Shown here piece by piece: positions 8,288 through 13,094 of a stretch of 13,094 bases of DNA. Location: the UHGV virus genome UHGV-1625130; one strand, 5' to 3'. The notes under the pieces were generated by a model, which saw only the letters and a list, made by a program, of their open reading frames with translations, was not told the origin of the DNA and ran no database searches. This DNA comes from a virus. Within the stretch, counting starts at the first letter, position 1, and every line of letters starts with the position of its first letter. The position numbers and the translations under genes are program-made.

Positions 8288-9031
8288 ATGACACAGACAG
8301 AATCAGCGATTCTGGCGCACGCCCGGCGATGTGCGCCAGCGGAGTCGTGCGGCTTCGTGGTAAGCACGCCGGAGGGGGAAAGATATTTTCCCTGCGTGAA
8401 TATCTCCGGTGAGCCGGAGGCGTATTTCCGGATGTCGCCGGAGGACTGGCTGAGTGCAGAAATGCAGGGAGAGATTGTGGCGCTGGTCCACAGCCACCCC
8501 GGTGGTCTGCCCTGGCTGAGTGAGGCCGACCGGCGGCTGCAGGTGCAGAGTGATTTGCCGTGGTGGCTGGTCTGCCGGGGGACGATTCATAAGTTCCGCT
8601 GTGTGCCGCATCTCACCGGGCGGCGCTTTGAGCACGGTGTGACGGACTGTTACACACTGTTCCGGGATGCTTATCATCTGGCGGGGATTGAGATGCCGGA
8701 CTTTCATCGTGAGGATGACTGGTGGCGTAACGGCCAGAATCTCTATCTGGATAATCTGGAGGCCACAGGGCTGTATCAGGTGCCGTTGTCATCAGCACAA
8801 CCGGGCGATGTGCTGCTGTGCTGTTTTGGTTCATCGGTGCCGAATCATGCCGCCATTTACTGTGGTGACGGCGAGCTGCTGCACCATATTCCTGAACAAC
8901 TGAGCAAACGAGAGAGGTACACCGACAAATGGCAGCGACGCACACACTCCCTCTGGCGTCACCGGGCATGGCGCGCATCTGCCTTTACGGGGATTTACAA
9001 CGATTTGGCCGCCGCATCGATCTGCGTGTGA
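8288..9031 (+). CDS. K: Tail tip assembly protein K (N-terminal JAMM/MPN-like region with HSHPGGLPWLSEAD motif, C-terminal NlpC/P60-like region); alternative lambda-annotated start corresponds to ATG 8432
   Basis: 247-aa ORF MTQTESAILAHARRCAPAESCGFVVSTPEGERYF... begins 5 nt after the L stop. Residues 49-247 (MSPEDWLSAEMQGEIVALVHSHPGG...) match the 199-aa lambda K as annotated. The HxHx7SxxD motif and conserved Cys/His residues are visible in the translation. Confidence 0.85.
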   Translation: MTQTESAILAHARRCAPAESCGFVVSTPEGERYFPCVNISGEPEAYFRMSPEDWLSAEMQGEIVALVHSHPGGLPWLSEADRRLQVQSDLPWWLVCRGTIHKFRCVPHLTGRRFEHGVTDCYTLFRDAYHLAGIEMPDFHREDDWWRNGQNLYLDNLEATGLYQVPLSSAQPGDVLLCCFGSSVPNHAAIYCGDGELLHHIPEQLSKRERYTDKWQRRTHSLWRHRAWRASAFTGIYNDLAAASICV

Positions 9032-9600
9032 AAACGGGGGCCGAAGCCATCCGGGCGCTGGCCATGCAGATCCCGGCGTTTCGTCAGAAACTGAGCGACG
9101 GCTGGTATCAGGTACGGATTGCCGGGCGGGACGTCAGCACGTCCGGGTTAACGGCGCAGTTACATGAGACTCTGCCTGATGGCGCTGTGATTCATATTGT
9201 TCCCAGAGTCGCCGGGGCCAAGTCAGGTGGCGTATTCCAGATTGTCCTGGGGGCTGCCGCCATTGCCGGATCATTCTTTACCGCCGGAGCCACCCTTGCA
9301 GCATGGGGGGCAGCCATTGGGACCGGTGGTATGACCGGCATCCTGTTTTCTCTCGGTGCCAGTATGGTGCTCGGTGGTGTGGCGCAGATGCTGGCACCGA
9401 AAGCCAGAACTCCCCGTACACAGACAACGGATAACGGCAAACAGAACACCTATTTCTCCTCACTGGATAACATGGTTGCCCAGGGCAATGTTCTGCCTGT
9501 TCTGTACGGTGAAATGCGCGTGGGGTCACGTGTGGTTTCTCAGGAGATCAGCACGGCAGACGAAGGGGACGGTGGTCAGGTTGTGGTGATTGGTCGCTGA
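8929..9600 (+). CDS. I: Tail tip assembly protein I (ubiquitin-like N-terminus, hydrophobic Gly/Ala-rich centre)
   Basis: 223-aa translation MAATHTLPLASPGMARICLYGDLQRFGRRIDLRVKTGAEAIRALA...DGGQVVVIGR matches lambda gpI; overlaps the 3' end of K by 103 nt in a different frame. Confidence 0.92.
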   Translation: MAATHTLPLASPGMARICLYGDLQRFGRRIDLRVKTGAEAIRALAMQIPAFRQKLSDGWYQVRIAGRDVSTSGLTAQLHETLPDGAVIHIVPRVAGAKSGGVFQIVLGAAAIAGSFFTAGATLAAWGAAIGTGGMTGILFSLGASMVLGGVAQMLAPKARTPRTQTTDNGKQNTYFSSLDNMVAQGNVLPVLYGEMRVGSRVVSQEISTADEGDGGQVVVIGR

Positions 9601-9618
9601 TGCAAAATGTTTTATGTG

Positions 9619-9648
9619 AAACCGCCTGCGGGCGGTTTTGTCGTTTAT
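9619..9648 (+). terminator. Terminator-like hairpin in the I-J intergenic region
   Basis: Read directly: AAACCGCC-tgcg-GGCGGTTT, followed by T-rich tgtcgttt, then the GAGGA SD of J. Confidence 0.4.
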
Positions 9649-9660
9649 GGAGCGTGAGGA

Positions 9661-12600
9661 ATGGGTAAAGGCAGCAGTAAGGGGCATACCCCGCGCGAAG
9701 CGAAGGACAACCTGAAGTCCACGCAGTTGCTGAGTGTGATCGATGCCATCAGCGAAGGGCCGATTGAAGGTCCGGTGGATGGATTAAAAAGCGTGCTGCT
9801 GAACAGTACGCCGGTGCTGGACAGTGAGGGGAATACCAATATATCCGGTGTCACGGTGGTGTTCCGGGCAGGTGAGCAGGAGCAGACACCGCCGGAGGGA
9901 TTTGAATCCTCCGGCTCCGAGACGGTGCTGGGTACGGAAGTGAAATATGACACGCCGATCACCCGGACCATCACGTCGGCAAACATCGACCGTCTGCGCT
10001 TTACCTTCGGTGTGCAGGCACTGGTGGAAACCACCTCAAAGGGGGACCGGAATCCGTCGGAAGTCCGCCTGCTGGTTCAGATCCAGCGTAATGGTGGCTG
10101 GGTGACGGAAAAAGACATCACCATTAAGGGCAAAACCACCTCGCAGTATCTGGCCTCGGTGGTGGTGGGTAACCTGCCGCCGCGCCCGTTCAATATCCGG
10201 ATGCGCAGGATGACGCCGGACAGCACCACAGACCAGCTGCAGAACAAAACGCTCTGGTCGTCATACACCGAAATCATCGATGTGAAACAGTGCTACCCGA
10301 ACACGGCACTGGTCGGCGTGCAGGTGGATTCGGAGCAGTTCGGCAGCCAGCAGGTGAGCCGTAATTATCATCTGCGCGGGCGCATTCTGCAGGTGCCGTC
10401 GAACTATAACCCGCAGACGCGGCAATACAGCGGTATCTGGGACGGAACGTTTAAGCCAGCATACAGCAACAACATGGCCTGGTGTCTGTGGGATATGCTG
10501 ACCCATCCGCGCTACGGCATGGGGAAACGTCTTGGTGCGGCGGATGTGGACAAATGGGCGCTGTATGTCATCGGCCAGTACTGCGACCAGTCAGTGCCGG
10601 ACGGCTTTGGCGGCACGGAGCCGCGCATCACCTGTAATGCGTACCTGACCACACAACGTAAGGCGTGGGATGTGCTCAGTGATTTCTGCTCGGCGATGCG
10701 CTGTATGCCGGTATGGAACGGGCAGACGCTGACGTTCGTGCAGGACCGACCGTCGGATAAGGTGTGGACCTATAACCGCAGTAATGTGGTGATGCCGGAT
10801 GATGGCGCGCCGTTCCGCTACAGCTTCAGCGCCCTGAAGGACCGCCATAATGCCGTTGAGGTGAACTGGATTGACCCGAATAACGGCTGGGAGACGGCGA
10901 CAGAGCTTGTGGAGGACACGCAGGCCATTGCCCGTTACGGTCGTAACGTCACGAAGATGGATGCTTTTGGCTGTACCAGCCGGGGGCAGGCACACCGCGC
11001 CGGGCTGTGGCTGATTAAAACAGAACTGCTGGAAACGCAGACCGTGGACTTCAGCGTGGGTGCCGAAGGGCTTCGCCATGTACCGGGCGATGTCATTGAA
11101 ATCTGCGATGATGACTATGCGGGTATCAGCACCGGCGGGCGCGTGCTGGCGGTGAACAGCCAGACCCGGACGCTGACGCTCGACCGTGAAATCACGCTGC
11201 CATCCTCCGGTACCACGCTGATAAGCCTGGTTGACGGAAGTGGCAATCCGGTCAGCGTGGAGGTTCAGTCCGTCACCGACGGCGTGAAGGTGAAAGTGAG
11301 CCGTGTTCCTGACGGCGTTGCTGAATACAGCGTGTGGGGGCTGAAGCTGCCGACGCTGCGCCAGCGCCTGTTCCGCTGCGTGAGTATCCGTGAGAACGAC
11401 GACGGCACGTATGCCATCACCGCCGTGCAGCATGTACCGGAAAAAGAGGCCATCGTGGATAACGGGGCGCACTTTGACGGCGACCAGAGCGGCACGGTGA
11501 ATGGTGTCACGCCGCCAGCGGTGCAGCACCTGACCGCCGAAGTCACCGCAGACAGCGGGGAATATCAGGTGCTGGCGCGCTGGGACACGCCGAAGGTGGT
11601 GAAGGGCGTGAGCTTCCTGCTTCGCCTGACCGTGGCAGCGGATGACGGCCGTGAGCGGCTGGTCAGCACGGCCCGGACGACGGAAACCACTTACCGCTTC
11701 ACACAACTGGCTCTGGGGAACTACAGGCTGACAGTCCGGGCAGTAAATGCGTGGGGGCAGCAGGGCGATCCGGCGTCGGTATCGTTCCGGATTGCCGCAC
11801 CGGCAGCGCCGTCGCGGATTGAGCTGACGCCGGGCTATTTTCAGATAACCGCCACGCCGCATCTTGCGGTTTATGACCCGACGGTACAGTTTGAGTTCTG
11901 GTTCTCGGAAAAACGGATTGCGGATATCAGGCAGGTTGAAACCAGCGCGCGTTATCTTGGTACGGCACTGTACTGGATAGCCGCCAGTATCAATATCAAA
12001 CCGGGCCATGATTATTATTTTTACGTTCGCAGTGTGAACACCGTTGGCAAATCGGCATTCGTGGAGGCTGTCGGTCGGGCGAGCGATGATGCGGAAGGTT
12101 ACCTGGATTTTTTCAAAGGCAAGATAACCGAATCCCATCTTGGTAAAGAGCTGCTGGAAAAAGTCGACCTGACGGAGGATAACGCCAGCAAACTGGAGCA
12201 GTTTTCGAAAGAGTGGAAGGATGCTAACGATAAGTGGAATGCCATGTGGGGCGTCAAAATTGAGCAGACCAAAGACGGCAAACATTATGTCGCGGGTATT
12301 GGCCTCAGCATGGAGGACACGGAGGAAGGTAAACTGAGCCAGTTCCTGGTTGCCGCTAACCGTATCGCGTTTATTGACCCGGCAAACGGAAATGAAACGC
12401 CGATGTTTGTGGCGCAGGGTGATCAGATATTCATGAATGACGTGTTCCTGAAACGCCTGACGGCCCCCACCATTACCAGCGGTGGAAATCCACCGGCATT
12501 TTCCCTGACACCGGACGGAAAGCTGACCGCTAAAAATGCGGATATCAGTGGCAGTGTGAATGCGAACGCCGGGACGCTCAACAATGTCACGGTAAATGAA

Positions 12601-13074
12601 AACTGTACGATTAAGGGCATGCTGGAGGCGACCCAGGTCAGAGGGGATTTCGTTAAAGCTGTATCAAAAGCCTTCCCGAAAAAAGTCGGTACGTGGGGTA
12701 ACACGGAAACACCAAACGGTACGGTTACAGTCACCATCAGCGATGATCATAACTTTGACCGTCAAATCATTATTCCGCCCATTATCTTTAACGGAATAGC
12801 GTATAGCGATCCGGGAAGTGGTAATAACCCGGGAGGTACAAGATACACGGGTTATGGTTTTGAAGTTCGCAAAAACGGTGTATTAATCGCATCCAGAGAA
12901 ACTAAAGGGGCCATTCCCGGTAGCTACAGTGCGGTTATTGATATGCCGAGTGGCAGGGGAAGCGTCACTCTGGAGTTTAAGGTTTTCCAGAAAGGCAATC
13001 AGGGGGCAGGCAATATCACCGACTGTACGGTGATTGTGACCAAAAAAGCCGCTTCCGGCATCAGTATTCGTTGA
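9661..13074 (+). CDS. J: Central tail fibre / tail tip host-specificity protein J (two FN3-like repeats in the 11.5-12.1 kb region; diverged C-terminal receptor-binding module)
   Basis: 1137-aa translation [54 protein letters not shown]... matches lambda gpJ over most of its length; GAGGA SD; TGA stop at 13072-13074. About 5 codons longer than lambda J as recalled, with the C-terminal ~150 aa differing. Confidence 0.95.
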   Translation: MGKGSSKGHTPREAKDNLKSTQLLSVIDAISEGPIEGPVDGLKSVLLNSTPVLDSEGNTNISGVTVVFRAGEQEQTPPEGFESSGSETVLGTEVKYDTPITRTITSANIDRLRFTFGVQALVETTSKGDRNPSEVRLLVQIQRNGGWVTEKDITIKGKTTSQYLASVVVGNLPPRPFNIRMRRMTPDSTTDQLQNKTLWSSYTEIIDVKQCYPNTALVGVQVDSEQFGSQQVSRNYHLRGRILQVPSNYNPQTRQYSGIWDGTFKPAYSNNMAWCLWDMLTHPRYGMGKRLGAADVDKWALYVIGQYCDQSVPDGFGGTEPRITCNAYLTTQRKAWDVLSDFCSAMRCMPVWNGQTLTFVQDRPSDKVWTYNRSNVVMPDDGAPFRYSFSALKDRHNAVEVNWIDPNNGWETATELVEDTQAIARYGRNVTKMDAFGCTSRGQAHRAGLWLIKTELLETQTVDFSVGAEGLRHVPGDVIEICDDDYAGISTGGRVLAVNSQTRTLTLDREITLPSSGTTLISLVDGSGNPVSVEVQSVTDGVKVKVSRVPDGVAEYSVWGLKLPTLRQRLFRCVSIRENDDGTYAITAVQHVPEKEAIVDNGAHFDGDQSGTVNGVTPPAVQHLTAEVTADSGEYQVLARWDTPKVVKGVSFLLRLTVAADDGRERLVSTARTTETTYRFTQLALGNYRLTVRAVNAWGQQGDPASVSFRIAAPAAPSRIELTPGYFQITATPHLAVYDPTVQFEFWFSEKRIADIRQVETSARYLGTALYWIAASINIKPGHDYYFYVRSVNTVGKSAFVEAVGRASDDAEGYLDFFKGKITESHLGKELLEKVDLTEDNASKLEQFSKEWKDANDKWNAMWGVKIEQTKDGKHYVAGIGLSMEDTEEGKLSQFLVAANRIAFIDPANGNETPMFVAQGDQIFMNDVFLKRLTAPTITSGGNPPAFSLTPDGKLTAKNADISGSVNANAGTLNNVTVNENCTIKGMLEATQVRGDFVKAVSKAFPKKVGTWGNTETPNGTVTVTISDDHNFDRQIIIPPIIFNGIAYSDPGSGNNPGGTRYTGYGFEVRKNGVLIASRETKGAIPGSYSAVIDMPSGRGSVTLEFKVFQKGNQGAGNITDCTVIVTKKAASGISIR

Positions 13075-13094
13075 AATATTTATAACCCCAATAA

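Noticed and set aside
5873-8294. Series of long minus-strand ORFs (176, 172, 221, 270 aa) antisense to H, M and L
   Set aside because: Same reasoning: they tile the GC-rich H-M-L coding region in antisense, overlap one another, and look like non-protein sequence (R/Q/L/H/P rich). No intergenic space or SD supports them.
10591-12285. 564-aa ORF on the minus strand, wholly inside J
   Set aside because: It is antisense to a confidently identified, conserved gene. Its translation is Arg/His/Pro/Gly-rich and low complexity, typical of the reverse frame of GC3-rich coding sequence, and it lacks a convincing start context. I judge it an artefact of codon bias; a homology search could overturn this.
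12635-12643. RGD tripeptide (QVRGDF) in the diverged J C-terminal module
   Set aside because: A three-residue motif is expected by chance in a 1137-aa protein and has no established role in a bacteriophage adsorbing to a bacterial outer membrane.
1-13094. Possibility of an inserted accessory or defence system (moron, toxin-antitoxin, restriction system, CRISPR) in the window
   Set aside because: Every intergenic gap is 60 nt or less, gene order and spacing are collinear with the lambda late operon as I recall it, there are no opposite-strand genes with their own promoter and terminator, and I saw no repeat-spacer arrays or tRNA-like sequences. I therefore do not claim a novel system.

Overview
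This window is the late (head-tail morphogenesis) operon of a lambda-like siphovirus or prophage of an enterobacterial host, with every gene on the + strand in canonical lambda order: 3' end of D, then E, FI, FII, Z, U, V, G and G-T, H, M, L, K, I, J. Gene calls rest on recognising the translated ORFs as near-identical to phage lambda proteins from memory; no search was run. Genes are tightly packed with stop/start overlaps, and there is no tRNA, CRISPR array, IS element, or inserted accessory ('moron') gene. I therefore do not see a novel inserted system here. What departs from the lambda reference: (1) Z is split by a frameshift consistent with a ~14-nt deletion in its poly-arginine tract; (2) the last ~150 codons of J are diverged and markedly AT-richer, suggesting an exchanged receptor-binding module; (3) H is 6 codons and J 5 codons longer than I recall for lambda; (4) the K ORF extends 48 codons upstream of the lambda-annotated start and abuts L. 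The G-T -1 frameshift site is intact. Long reverse-strand ORFs inside H and J are judged to be artefacts of GC-rich codon usage.
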